From Syntrophales bacterium (GTDB lineage: Bacteria > Desulfobacterota > Syntrophia > Syntrophales > UBA2185): a stretch of DNA of 64,000 bases. The DNA is taken from contig JBEKXK010000001.1 of NCBI GenBank assembly GCA_049512055.1, positions 28,680-92,679 of the forward strand, in the 5' to 3' direction. Position numbers and translations under genes: made by a program. A model generated the notes under the pieces. It had not been told where the DNA came from. It was given only the letters and a program-made list of their open reading frames with translations, and made no database searches. How positions within the stretch are numbered: the first letter of the stretch is position 1; each line of letters starts with the position of its first letter. Shown piece by piece: positions 1 to 8,561 of this stretch.

Positions 1-258
1 GATTTCGAGAGTCTTGTCATTCCCCGTAAGCTCCATGGCTTCCGTCATCAGAGCCACGATATAGGGTTGAGAAATAGTCTGCCCCCCGTCTATAGGAAGT
101 GGATTGTCATTGTAAGCCTGGTCTCTTAAAGCCTCATTGACAAAGAGATGCCGGGGAACCTTTTCCATTGCCGTGAGTACGCGCGGATCCCTGATCCCCC
201 TTGCTCTTATCTGAGATTCCACCATCTTCTTTCTTTGCTTTATATAACGATCCATCAT
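1..258 (-). CDS. pcm: protein-L-isoaspartate O-methyltransferase, N-terminal 86 codons (gene runs off the left edge)
   Basis: Own reverse-strand translation from ATG at 258: [86 protein letters not shown]. 'VPRHLFV' and '[11 protein letters not shown]' are family-typical boxes. Not in the ORF track because the window truncates it. Confidence 0.85.
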   Translation of the reverse strand, partial: MMDRYIKQRKKMVESQIRARGIRDPRVLTAMEKVPRHLFVNEALRDQAYNDNPLPIDGGQTISQPYIVALMTEAMELTGNDKTLEI

Positions 259-665
259 ATGTCCCGAAATGGCGGTTTCCTCGGAGGAATGCTGTACCAC
301 TCATCTACCCAATGATGACGACGCATGCCCATAGCCTCTCTCGTTACAATAAGGTAGTAATATCTCAACTTGGCATACTCTCTGGCGCGGTTGAATTTGG
401 CAACCTCCCGATTGATTTCCCCCATCGTTTCCTGCTTCAAAGAAGCAATTTTGTTATAGCTGCGTCTTCCCTCATATTTCTCCATAGTGAAGCGGAAATG
501 CTTCAGCCGCTCATCAATACCCTGCTCTATGATTCTCATCTTATCAATAGCAGCTGCTAACTTTTCACCGGCACGGCCAAGGACTTCCGCTCTTTCCTTC
601 AGCATTTCCTCGCGCAGTATATTTTCCGGATCTTTTTCCCTGCCTAGCTTTAGCATGGTTAACAT
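255..665 (-). CDS. hypothetical charged/coiled-coil protein (136 aa)
   Basis: Long ORF with a helical, charged composition and no family recognised. Its TGA (257-255) overlaps the pcm ATG (258-256) as ATGA, suggesting translational coupling. The overlapping plus-strand ORFs 201..560 and 487..780 look like antisense artefacts. Confidence 0.5.
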   Translation of the reverse strand: MLTMLKLGREKDPENILREEMLKERAEVLGRAGEKLAAAIDKMRIIEQGIDERLKHFRFTMEKYEGRRSYNKIASLKQETMGEINREVAKFNRAREYAKLRYYYLIVTREAMGMRRHHWVDEWYSIPPRKPPFRDI

Positions 666-815
666 TTTCCATTATTTTATCACTTTACTATATCACGGAA
701 ACATGCAATTTTCAATACAAAAGGCCTTTTCATCAAGGAATGACAAAGTTTCACTTTACAGTTTTTCGCAATTTAGTTAAAAATTAAATGCCGTCATGTA
801 TTCCCGTAAGATACG

Positions 816-2465
816 ATGCACTCCGAATTTATGCAGAAAGCTTTATTGACTAAGAAAGAAAAATCCGTGACAAGTATCAGGTCTATCATGTCTCGTGCAG
901 TTAGAAATGCATACGGGAATGGCGAAGATGATGAGACATTCCCTCCCCTCGTTTTGTTTGATCGCAAAGATCGACCGGCGGGAAGATTGAAAAAAGGAGA
1001 TGCCGTAATATACTATAACATCCGGGGAGAAAGGGAAGTCGAACTTACCCAGAGCCTGACGGACGTAGGCTTCGACAAATTTCCAGTGGAGAATGACCTT
1101 GTTCTTCATTTTGCCACGATGATAGAATACCAAAAGGATTTGAGGGTTCATGTTGCCTTTCCGCCGGAGGGCGCCATCAAAGACACCCTAAGCGAAGTCA
1201 TTGCAAGACATGACCTGAAACAGGCCAAGATTACAGAGTCTGAAAAGGCGAGTCACGTAGGCTTCTTCCTCAACGGGAAAAACGCAGAAGTCCTGCAGGG
1301 AGAAGAGAGGGTCATCGTTCCGTCTCGAAGAGATGTCATCCTCTTTGACGAAGCTCCTGAGATGTCCATCTATGCCGTCACGGAAAAAGCCAAGGAAAAA
1401 ATTCGTGATCCTTCTTATCATTTTATTTTCATAAACTTCCCCAATGTCGATGTGGTGGGCCACATAGAAAATGAAGAAGCCATCGTTAAGGCGGTCGAAG
1501 CCGTGGATGCATGCATGGGCGATATTATCGCCGAGGCTTCAAGAGAAGGGATGGTCGCCATAGTCAGTTCCGACCACGGTACAGTTGAAAAATGGCTCTA
1601 TCCGGATGGCACCATCGACACGGGACATACAGACAGCCATGTCCCCTTCATTCTCGTGTACAATGATCGCGACATATCTCTCCGCGAGGAAGGAGAGCTT
1701 GCAGACATTGCCCCTACTGTTCTCGAGCTGATGGGCATTCCCCAATCGACGTACATGACGGGGCGTTCACTAATAAAAAGCGCATCCCGGCGACGCATCG
1801 ATCCATCCCGGGAACAACCACAACGGGTCCTGCTTTTGATTCTCGACGGCTGGGGCGAAAACAAAAGCAGCGAGGGAAATCTGATAGCCCGCGCCAACAC
1901 CCCCGCCATGGACAGGCTCAAGAAAATGTACCCTCATACGCTGCTTGCCGCCGCCGGTGAAGCGGTCGGCCTTTCCGAAGGAACGGTCGGAAACTCCGAG
2001 GCCGGACACCTCCACATCGGGTCGGGGAGAAGAATCTTATCCGACAAGGTGAGGATCGATCAATCCATTGCCGATAGATCTTTTTTTCACAATGAGGCTT
2101 TTCTGCATGTCATTCGTAACGCCAAAGATAGAGGCAAAGCTCTACACCTTATGGGTATCGTATCGTTCTTCAGTTCCCATGGATCTGTCAATCATCTTCT
2201 TGCCCTGATGGATATCGCGAAGCAGGAGAAAATAAGGGATGTTTTTATTCATGCCATGCTCGGCAGGCGCGGAGAAATTCAGGAGAGTGGGGCCAAGTAT
2301 ATAGAGATAGTGGAGAAGAAATGTAGGAAGCTCAATCTCGGAAAGGTAGTCTCAGTCATAGGAAGGCATTGGTCCATGGACAGGGAGGAAAACTGGAGCA
2401 GAATCGAAAAGGCATATCGGATGCTCGTCTACGGGGAGGGAACCACCGTTACCGAAAGGAGTTGA
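816..2465 (+). CDS. gpmI: 2,3-bisphosphoglycerate-independent phosphoglycerate mutase homologue with circularly permuted domain order
   Basis: All iPGM hallmark boxes are present but in swapped order. 'NGEDDETF', 'ESEKASHVGFFLNGK', 'NFPNVDVVGH', 'SDHGT', 'GHTDSHVP' and 'ADIAPTVLELMG' come first. After a linker come 'LLILDGWG', 'GNSEAGH' and 'GRHWSMDREENWSRIEKAY'. The start could also be ATG 831 or 888. Confidence 0.8.
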   Translation: MHSEFMQKALLTKKEKSVTSIRSIMSRAVRNAYGNGEDDETFPPLVLFDRKDRPAGRLKKGDAVIYYNIRGEREVELTQSLTDVGFDKFPVENDLVLHFATMIEYQKDLRVHVAFPPEGAIKDTLSEVIARHDLKQAKITESEKASHVGFFLNGKNAEVLQGEERVIVPSRRDVILFDEAPEMSIYAVTEKAKEKIRDPSYHFIFINFPNVDVVGHIENEEAIVKAVEAVDACMGDIIAEASREGMVAIVSSDHGTVEKWLYPDGTIDTGHTDSHVPFILVYNDRDISLREEGELADIAPTVLELMGIPQSTYMTGRSLIKSASRRRIDPSREQPQRVLLLILDGWGENKSSEGNLIARANTPAMDRLKKMYPHTLLAAAGEAVGLSEGTVGNSEAGHLHIGSGRRILSDKVRIDQSIADRSFFHNEAFLHVIRNAKDRGKALHLMGIVSFFSSHGSVNHLLALMDIAKQEKIRDVFIHAMLGRRGEIQESGAKYIEIVEKKCRKLNLGKVVSVIGRHWSMDREENWSRIEKAYRMLVYGEGTTVTERS

Positions 2466-2468
2466 ATC

Positions 2469-2999
2469 ATGGAAGTGAGGATTAACAATTCGATATTATC
2501 CCTCGTCGAAGGAGACATAACACGAGAGGAAACAGACGCAATCGTCAATGCTGCTAATTCGAGACTCGCGGGAGGTGGAGGCGTAGATGGCGCCATACAT
2601 CGGGCGGGCGGACCGTCCATCATGCAGGAGTGTCGAAAAATCGGAGGATGTCCCACAGGACAGGCGGTTATCACCACTGCGGGGAATCTCAAGGCAAAAT
2701 ATGTCATCCACGCCGTGGGACCCGTTTACCAGGGCGGCACAAAAGGTGAAGCAGCACTCCTAAAGAACACCCATCTGGAGAGTCTCAAGCTCGTTTCAGC
2801 AAAGAAGCTCAAGAGCGTCGCCTTCCCGGCCATCAGCACCGGCGTCTATGGCTATCCTGTGGACGAAGCCGCGCACATTGCCCTCACAACAGTCATAGAT
2901 TATCTCAAAGAACACGGCGATATTGAGCTGGTTCGTTTCGTTCTTTTTGGTCGCAAGACATACGAAATCTTTGCGGAGGAACTGAGAAAAATCACATAG
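2469..2999 (+). CDS. macro-domain protein (O-acetyl-ADP-ribose deacetylase / ADP-ribose-binding, YmdB-like)
   Basis: Canonical macro-domain boxes 'GDITREETDAIVNAANSRLAGGGGVDGAIHRAGGP', 'VIHAVGP' and 'AFPAISTGVYGYP'. Starts 4 nt after the preceding stop. Confidence 0.85.
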   Translation: MEVRINNSILSLVEGDITREETDAIVNAANSRLAGGGGVDGAIHRAGGPSIMQECRKIGGCPTGQAVITTAGNLKAKYVIHAVGPVYQGGTKGEAALLKNTHLESLKLVSAKKLKSVAFPAISTGVYGYPVDEAAHIALTTVIDYLKEHGDIELVRFVLFGRKTYEIFAEELRKIT

Positions 3000-3062
3000 G
3001 GATAAATCTTGGATTAAGCCATACATTCTTGACCCCATCACAGGACCATGCAATTATAAGTT

Positions 3063-3569
3063 ATGCGTAAGAAAAGCAAACAGGCAAATCTGCAAAGGCT
3101 CGGCAGTGTCCTCCAGGGCATACTGAAAAAGCACAATATTTTTTTTGACTCCGAGGAACAGCGCCTACTGGAAGTCTGGCAAAAGGCTGTAGGGCCGCAG
3201 ATTTCAGTCCAAACTCGCCCCGACAGACTGAAGAGAAATACCCTTTTCGTCAAGGTTTCTTCTTCCGTGTGGATGCACCAGCTTCATATCCTTAAGCCGG
3301 ATATTATCGAAAAGATCAACCAGCTCCTTGGGAAGGATTTGATAAAAAATATCCACTTTTCCATTGGTGATATCCCCTCGACGATGCCCGCGAATCCATA
3401 CAGTTCATCATTTTCACCGGACTCCTACCCCCTGAAGGATAAGGACAAAAAATTGATCGAGAAAAGCGTTTCTTCTGTTGCAGACCCGGAGTTGAAGGAA
3501 ATTCTAAGAAGGGTAATGACGAAAAACATCATTCGGCGGAGGCTTTCGGCAAACAGCAAAGCTCTCTGA
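3063..3569 (+). CDS. DUF721 / DciA-like protein
   Basis: 'WQKAVGPQISVQTRPDRLKRNTLFVKVSSSVWMHQLHILKPDIIEKIN' fits the DUF721 pattern as I remember it. The 3' end overlaps the convergent methyltransferase gene by 41 nt. Confidence 0.6.
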   Translation: MRKKSKQANLQRLGSVLQGILKKHNIFFDSEEQRLLEVWQKAVGPQISVQTRPDRLKRNTLFVKVSSSVWMHQLHILKPDIIEKINQLLGKDLIKNIHFSIGDIPSTMPANPYSSSFSPDSYPLKDKDKKLIEKSVSSVADPELKEILRRVMTKNIIRRRLSANSKAL

Positions 3570-4317
3570 AAAGGGAGTCCATCGCTTCCGTATATTGGCC
3601 ATCCTCGGAATATACTGTCAGTGGCGGCAAGACTTCCAGCTCCTCCCGCCCATTTTTTACCCCCTCCACCAGGACAAACTCCCCGCGGGATGCGGTATGT
3701 GAATGCACTATTCTCAGTCTCTTGGGCTCCATACCGGCCGTTCTCATGGAAGAGAGAAGCCCTACCATCCTAGTCGCCGGATATATGATATAGACGCGTC
3801 CTGATTTTTTTAAGAGATATGTCGATGCTTTCAAAAAATCGTGCAGCGATGCTTTGATCTCGTGCCGTGCCACGGACTTCTCGGCATTGGGATTTAGTTT
3901 TCCGGAACTTACTCTTCTATAAGGAGGGTTAAGAATTGAAACATCAAAAGATCCCGGTTTAAAGAGGGTCTCGATTTTTCTGACATCTCCATGGCTGATA
4001 TTAACCTTCTCCTGAAGATCATTCAGCATGACGCTTCTTGTCGCCATGTCAACAAGTTCTTCCTGAATATCAACACCTGCGACTTTATAGCATTCTTTTC
4101 TCTGCGCTACGATGATGGCAATCACGCCGCTGCCGGTTCCGAGATCGGCAATCAGGTCTCCCTTTCTCACTCGCACAAAATGAGCTAAGAGAAGGGCATC
4201 GACAGAAAACCGGTACCCCTTCTTTTTTTGAAAGATCTTCACCCGTCTGCCAAGAAGTTCATCGACGGTTTCTCCTTCCCTTCTTAGCTTTGAGACTCGG
4301 GAAACATTCTTTTTCAT
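3529..4317 (-). CDS. class-I SAM-dependent N6-adenine methyltransferase, TrmN6/YfiC-like (tRNA m6A37 type)
   Basis: Motif I 'LIADLGTGSGVIAI' and the N6-adenine box 'ILNPPYRR'. Size is ~260 aa. The ATG overlaps the upstream stop (ATGA at 4314-4317). Confidence 0.7.
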   Translation of the reverse strand: MKKNVSRVSKLRREGETVDELLGRRVKIFQKKKGYRFSVDALLLAHFVRVRKGDLIADLGTGSGVIAIIVAQRKECYKVAGVDIQEELVDMATRSVMLNDLQEKVNISHGDVRKIETLFKPGSFDVSILNPPYRRVSSGKLNPNAEKSVARHEIKASLHDFLKASTYLLKKSGRVYIIYPATRMVGLLSSMRTAGMEPKRLRIVHSHTASRGEFVLVEGVKNGREELEVLPPLTVYSEDGQYTEAMDSLFRELCCLPKASAE

Positions 4318-5558
4318 GATGTGAGGAGATGAATAAATATGCCGCTGCGAAGTTTTGGTTCAAACCAGGTGGATTTTGGAGGCATGACTTTGCCGGCATC
4401 TGACACGTCCATTAGTTGTTCCATACTTGTCGGATACAGAGAAAAGGCAACGGCAAATTCACCTGAATCTACCAGCCTCTCTAACTCTTGCACCCCTCTT
4501 ATGCCGCCTATATATTCTATCCTTTCATCCGTCCGGGGATTCTGGATCCCCAGGACAGGCTTCAATAGATTTTCCTGAAGAATCGAGACATCAAGTATCT
4601 TAATGGGATCATCTTTATCATAGCTATTATCCTTCGCAGTCAGCTTGTACCACCTGCCGCGCAGATACATCCCGATTTCGTGGCACTGGGACGGCGACTT
4701 CGGTGCAAAATTTTCGGATACAAGAAATTGGCCACGAACCTGACGAAGAACTTCGGCCTCATCCAGGCCGCGCAAGTCTGTCACCGCCCGATTGTAGCTC
4801 ATGATCTCGAGTTGATTATGCGGAAACAGAACAGCCATCACATAGTCGTATGCCTGATCCCTGCCGCTTCCAGGAGTTCTTTCCCTCTTCAGTCTCCTCA
4901 CCGCTGCGGCGGCAGCAGCACGGTGGTGGCCATCAGCTATGTAGAGGGTATGCACATCAGCAAATGCTTTTGTTAAAGCTGCAACGTCTTTTTCGGCATT
5001 TATAACCCATACGGTATGAGAAATGCCGTCATCGGCAACAAAATCATACTCGGGCTTACTCTCGACCATTCTTTTGACCATCCGGTCGATGGGATCCTGG
5101 GCTCTGTATGTCACAAATACCGGTCCTGTCTGGGCATCTACTGCCATGACATGCCTGATACGATCATGTTCCTTATCTGCTTTTGTAAGCTCATGTTTCC
5201 TGACTTGGCCCGATTCATATTCAGCGAGGCTGATCGCACCAACTATGCCGTACTGCGCGTGGGCGCCGGTTTTCTGCCTGTATATATAAAAGCAATTATT
5301 TTTCTCCTGAAATAAGATGTTCCTTTCGATCAGCTTATCAAGATTTGCTTTCGCGATCTCATATTGACTCTCATCATTTGCTCCTGCCGAATCTTGCACA
5401 TCGATTTCCGATTTTTCCACATGCAAGAAATTCAGGGGATTGTCTTTAACAATCTCTCTTGCCTCTGCCACGTTCACCACATCATAGGGGTAAGAGGCCA
5501 CGGCCTTGACAAATTGTCTATGTGGCCTCAGCGCCTTAAAAGGAATGACAACAGACAT
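4314..5558 (-). CDS. DUF1015 family protein
   Basis: N-terminal 'VIPFKALRP' and the 'YIADGHHRAAAA' box are typical of DUF1015. Start moved from the ORF-track 5639 to ATG 5558, which has GAGGAG 8 nt upstream. Confidence 0.75.
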   Translation of the reverse strand: MSVVIPFKALRPHRQFVKAVASYPYDVVNVAEAREIVKDNPLNFLHVEKSEIDVQDSAGANDESQYEIAKANLDKLIERNILFQEKNNCFYIYRQKTGAHAQYGIVGAISLAEYESGQVRKHELTKADKEHDRIRHVMAVDAQTGPVFVTYRAQDPIDRMVKRMVESKPEYDFVADDGISHTVWVINAEKDVAALTKAFADVHTLYIADGHHRAAAAAAVRRLKRERTPGSGRDQAYDYVMAVLFPHNQLEIMSYNRAVTDLRGLDEAEVLRQVRGQFLVSENFAPKSPSQCHEIGMYLRGRWYKLTAKDNSYDKDDPIKILDVSILQENLLKPVLGIQNPRTDERIEYIGGIRGVQELERLVDSGEFAVAFSLYPTSMEQLMDVSDAGKVMPPKSTWFEPKLRSGIFIHLLTS

Positions 5559-5686
5559 AACAGAATCTCCTCTTGCGAAATTTCTAACATACTGACATAT
5601 TGAAATCAATTCAAAAGCGCCATCGGGGCACCGCTCCATTTCGCTCTGGAGATAGAGATCAGGGAATGTTGGACAGAGGAGTTTAC

Positions 5687-6169
5687 ATGAAGCCGATAAG
5701 AGTGTTTATCCACGGACTGGAAAGCTCCAGCATGGGAACGAAGGGCGTGTTTTTCAGAGACAAATACCCTGACATGATCATTGAAGATTTTGTCGGCACA
5801 TTCAAAGATAGAATGGAAAAGTTAAATAAGATACTCTCAGGCAAAACGTCTCTGATATTGGTTGGCTCAAGCTATGGCGGATTAATGGCCGCCGTGTATG
5901 CATTCAATAATGAAAAGAGCGTCAAGAATCTTATTCTCCTGGCCCCCGCCCTTGATCTATATGAATTTGAGCCATACCGGGGCAGGCAGCTTCTTCTTCC
6001 TGTTGTCATTTATCACGGCAGAGATGATGATGTGGTTTCCCCTTCGTCCGTCCATGATATCGCCCGGAAGGTATTCGCAAATCACGAGTATCATCTTGTT
6101 GCTGATGACCATTCTCTCCACAGGACTTTCAGTCTCATGAACTGGGATGATCTTCTGGAGACTTTGTAA
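5687..6169 (+). CDS. small alpha/beta-fold hydrolase (YqiA/UPF0227-like esterase)
   Basis: 'RVFIHGLESS', nucleophile elbow 'GSSYGG' and a C-terminal 'DDVV...DDHSLH'. Start moved to ATG 5687 (GAGGAG upstream). The 5600 start would add a non-conserved basic extension. Confidence 0.6.
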   Translation: MKPIRVFIHGLESSSMGTKGVFFRDKYPDMIIEDFVGTFKDRMEKLNKILSGKTSLILVGSSYGGLMAAVYAFNNEKSVKNLILLAPALDLYEFEPYRGRQLLLPVVIYHGRDDDVVSPSSVHDIARKVFANHEYHLVADDHSLHRTFSLMNWDDLLETL

Positions 6170-6210
6170 ACAGTTTCGAATAGGTAGGTATTGCGACAGG
6201 CAACTAATCC

Positions 6211-6239
6211 TTGACAAGATTTCCGCATTCTCTTAACAT
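6211..6239 (+). promoter_or_regulatory. putative sigma70-type promoter (TTGACA-17-TAACAT)
   Basis: TTGACA at 6211-6216, 17-nt spacer, TAACAT at 6234-6239. Lies about 32 nt upstream of the NIL-ferredoxin ATG. Confidence 0.35.
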
Positions 6240-6270
6240 CTGTCAAAAGATGGGAGTCTAAGGAAAAGGT

Positions 6271-6681
6271 ATGTATAGAAAGAAAGTAGTCATCAGGTAT
6301 GCAGCGGACAATGTGGACCAGCCTATAATATGCCAGCTTGTGAAGAAACACGATCTCGAATTCAATATCCTCAAGGCCCAGATCCTGCCTAGGAGGGAAG
6401 GAGTTATTGTCGTTGAGCTAAGCGGTTTGAAAGAAAATTTTGATCAGGGCATCCGTTTTCTCAAAGAAAGGGGTCTCAAGGTCGAGCCCGTTTCAAAAAA
6501 TGTGAGCCAGAATATGGACAAATGTGTGCATTGCGGCGCCTGCATCGCTTTTTGTCCGACTGATGCCCTTTCCATGGAAAAAGAATCTATGAAAGTCGTC
6601 TTCGATCCTGAAAAGTGCAATGGCTGCGAATTCTGTGTATTGGCCTGTCCGCCGAGGGCCATGGAGGTTAACATTTTCTGA
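6271..6681 (+). CDS. NIL-domain / 2x[4Fe-4S] ferredoxin fusion protein
   Basis: The N-terminal ~75 aa match the NIL-domain pattern ('QPIICQLVKKHDLEFNILKAQI...GVIVVEL'). The C-terminus has two Cys clusters, 'CVHCGACIAFCP' and 'CNGCEFCVLACP'. Confidence 0.75.
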   Translation: MYRKKVVIRYAADNVDQPIICQLVKKHDLEFNILKAQILPRREGVIVVELSGLKENFDQGIRFLKERGLKVEPVSKNVSQNMDKCVHCGACIAFCPTDALSMEKESMKVVFDPEKCNGCEFCVLACPPRAMEVNIF

Positions 6682-6731
6682 GCGGTATATCTTTTTGAAG
6701 CTGTAACTCTGACTATCCTTTAATGCCCGAT

Positions 6732-7112
6732 TCAGCGAATTTCATCCGCCGGAGAAGGCTTTTTCTTTTTGTAGGCTTCTTTGTCCTCTTCCATAATCTT
6801 ATCGATATAATCAGTCACAGGTTTTCTGCGCTTTTCGAATATCGCCATCACGCTGTCATATACGTCCCTGCCCTTTTCCACCGCCATATGAGTTTCTTCC
6901 TTGGCCTTCTGCAGGGCCTCATGGATGCTTTTCGGCATTCTATCGGACTCCGTGAAGTATGCATATCCAGTCAACATGATGATGATTAGAATCAGCAACA
7001 AGGCAATCTTGATAAGTTTTTTGAAAAGAAAATATACGATGAGGATTGCAACAAAGATGCATACCCCGGCAGTAAATTGATGGGCAGTCATGTAATCTAT
7101 AATGCTGTTCAT
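6732..7112 (-). CDS. hypothetical membrane protein (2 predicted TM helices, charged C-terminus)
   Basis: Hydrophobic stretches 'FTAGVCIFVAILIVYFLF' and 'IALLLILIIIMLTGYAYF'. Start moved to ATG 7112 (GGAGG 7 nt upstream). Confidence 0.5.
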   Translation of the reverse strand: MNSIIDYMTAHQFTAGVCIFVAILIVYFLFKKLIKIALLLILIIIMLTGYAYFTESDRMPKSIHEALQKAKEETHMAVEKGRDVYDSVMAIFEKRRKPVTDYIDKIMEEDKEAYKKKKPSPADEIR

Positions 7113-7238
7113 AATTGAACCTCCATCGTGAACACGAAGTAAGTCTACTCTATTTATCGACAAAAATCCAGTAATCCTTTAGCCTTGACAAATAGTATAC
7201 GGAAGCTTAGATTCGACAACGTAATATAAAGAGAGGCA

Positions 7239-8561
7239 TTGGTATTGATTAAAGTAGCCATATCAACGCTCGGTTGCAAGGTTAACCAGTATGAATCTGC
7301 AGGCATCCTGGAGATGCTCGATAAGAGCATCTATGTGTCTGTACCATTCAACACGAAGGCTGATTGTTATATAATCAATACATGTACTGTCACGGGCCGG
7401 ACAGAATACCAATCAAGAAACCTTATCAGAAGAGCAATCAGGACAAACCCTGACGCATGCATTATTGTTACAGGCTGCTATGCCCAGGTTGCGCCTCATG
7501 ATCTTGCCGGAATTCCTGGTGTAACCCTCGTTGCAGGAAATGCAGAAAAAGATCATATTCCCCGGCTCATGGAGCACCTGGTAAAAAGAGACCCTCAATT
7601 ACTCGTAGGCGACATCCACAAGGCAAGGAAATTTTCCCGCTTCAACCCATTAAAGTTCGCCGGCCGCACCCGTGCATTCCTCAAGATCCAGGATGGCTGC
7701 GACAGTTTCTGCAGCTACTGTATAGTTCCTTATGCAAGGGGTCACAGCAGGAGTCTTTCACAGATGGATGTATTAAAAAAAATTGAAACTCTTGCCCGGT
7801 ACGATTACAGAGAGATTGTCCTCACAGGCATTCATCTGGGAGTCTATGGTCAGGACTTGCAGCCCTCGTCAAACCTCTATGAGATAATGAAACACGTAGA
7901 TAAGAATAGATTGGTGGGAAGATTGCGCCTGAGTTCCATAGAAATTACGGAAATATCAGATGACATGATGCGGCTCATAGCGGAAGGGACCACGTCATGT
8001 AAACACCTGCATATTCCTCTCCAGAGCGGGGATGACATGATTCTTTCCGCAATGAAAAGGAATTACGACTCAGCATTCTTTAAGAATCGGCTCCAGGAAA
8101 TCACGCAGGCTATTCCTGATATTGCCCTCGGTCTTGACGTTATGGTCGGGTTTCCCGGTGAAGGAGAGAAACAGTTTGACAATACACTCCGTCTGATTGC
8201 AGAACTCCCCGTTGCCTACCTGCATGTATTCCCTTATTCAGAACGTCCGGGCACGGTCGCATCTGGTCTCCACGGCACGGTTGACGAAGCCGTCAAGAGG
8301 CGGCGTGGTGAGATAATGCGGAAACTGGGGCGGCAGAAAAGAAATGCCTTCACCCAGAGGTTTGTAGGGAAAAATCTGAGTGTTCTTGTTGAAGGCAAAA
8401 AAGACAAAGATACGGGCTTTTTGAGAGGACTTTCTGACAACTACATTCCCGTCGTTATAGAGAATGGCAACTCTTCACTGGTAAATCGCGTCCTAAACGT
8501 GATACCGGATTATTCTCTGGAAGGTAAACTGTGGGGAAGGATTACAACCGATGACCGATGA
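7239..8561 (+). CDS. mtaB: tRNA (t6A37) methylthiotransferase MtaB (radical SAM)
   Basis: 'ISTLGCKVNQYES' N-terminal domain, radical-SAM 'CDSFCSYCIVP', C-terminal TRAM-like region. TTG start with AGAGAGG upstream. Confidence 0.85.
   Translation: MVLIKVAISTLGCKVNQYESAGILEMLDKSIYVSVPFNTKADCYIINTCTVTGRTEYQSRNLIRRAIRTNPDACIIVTGCYAQVAPHDLAGIPGVTLVAGNAEKDHIPRLMEHLVKRDPQLLVGDIHKARKFSRFNPLKFAGRTRAFLKIQDGCDSFCSYCIVPYARGHSRSLSQMDVLKKIETLARYDYREIVLTGIHLGVYGQDLQPSSNLYEIMKHVDKNRLVGRLRLSSIEITEISDDMMRLIAEGTTSCKHLHIPLQSGDDMILSAMKRNYDSAFFKNRLQEITQAIPDIALGLDVMVGFPGEGEKQFDNTLRLIAELPVAYLHVFPYSERPGTVASGLHGTVDEAVKRRRGEIMRKLGRQKRNAFTQRFVGKNLSVLVEGKKDKDTGFLRGLSDNYIPVVIENGNSSLVNRVLNVIPDYSLEGKLWGRITTDDR

Noticed and set aside
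5559-5639. N-terminal extensions offered by the ORF track (also 5600-5686, 10370-10429, 15939-16088, 24860-24940, 49900-49959, 38529-38555, 7113-7163)
   Set aside because: In each case an internal ATG with a good GGAG-type RBS coincides with where family homology begins. The extensions are non-conserved and would overlap neighbouring genes or promoters.
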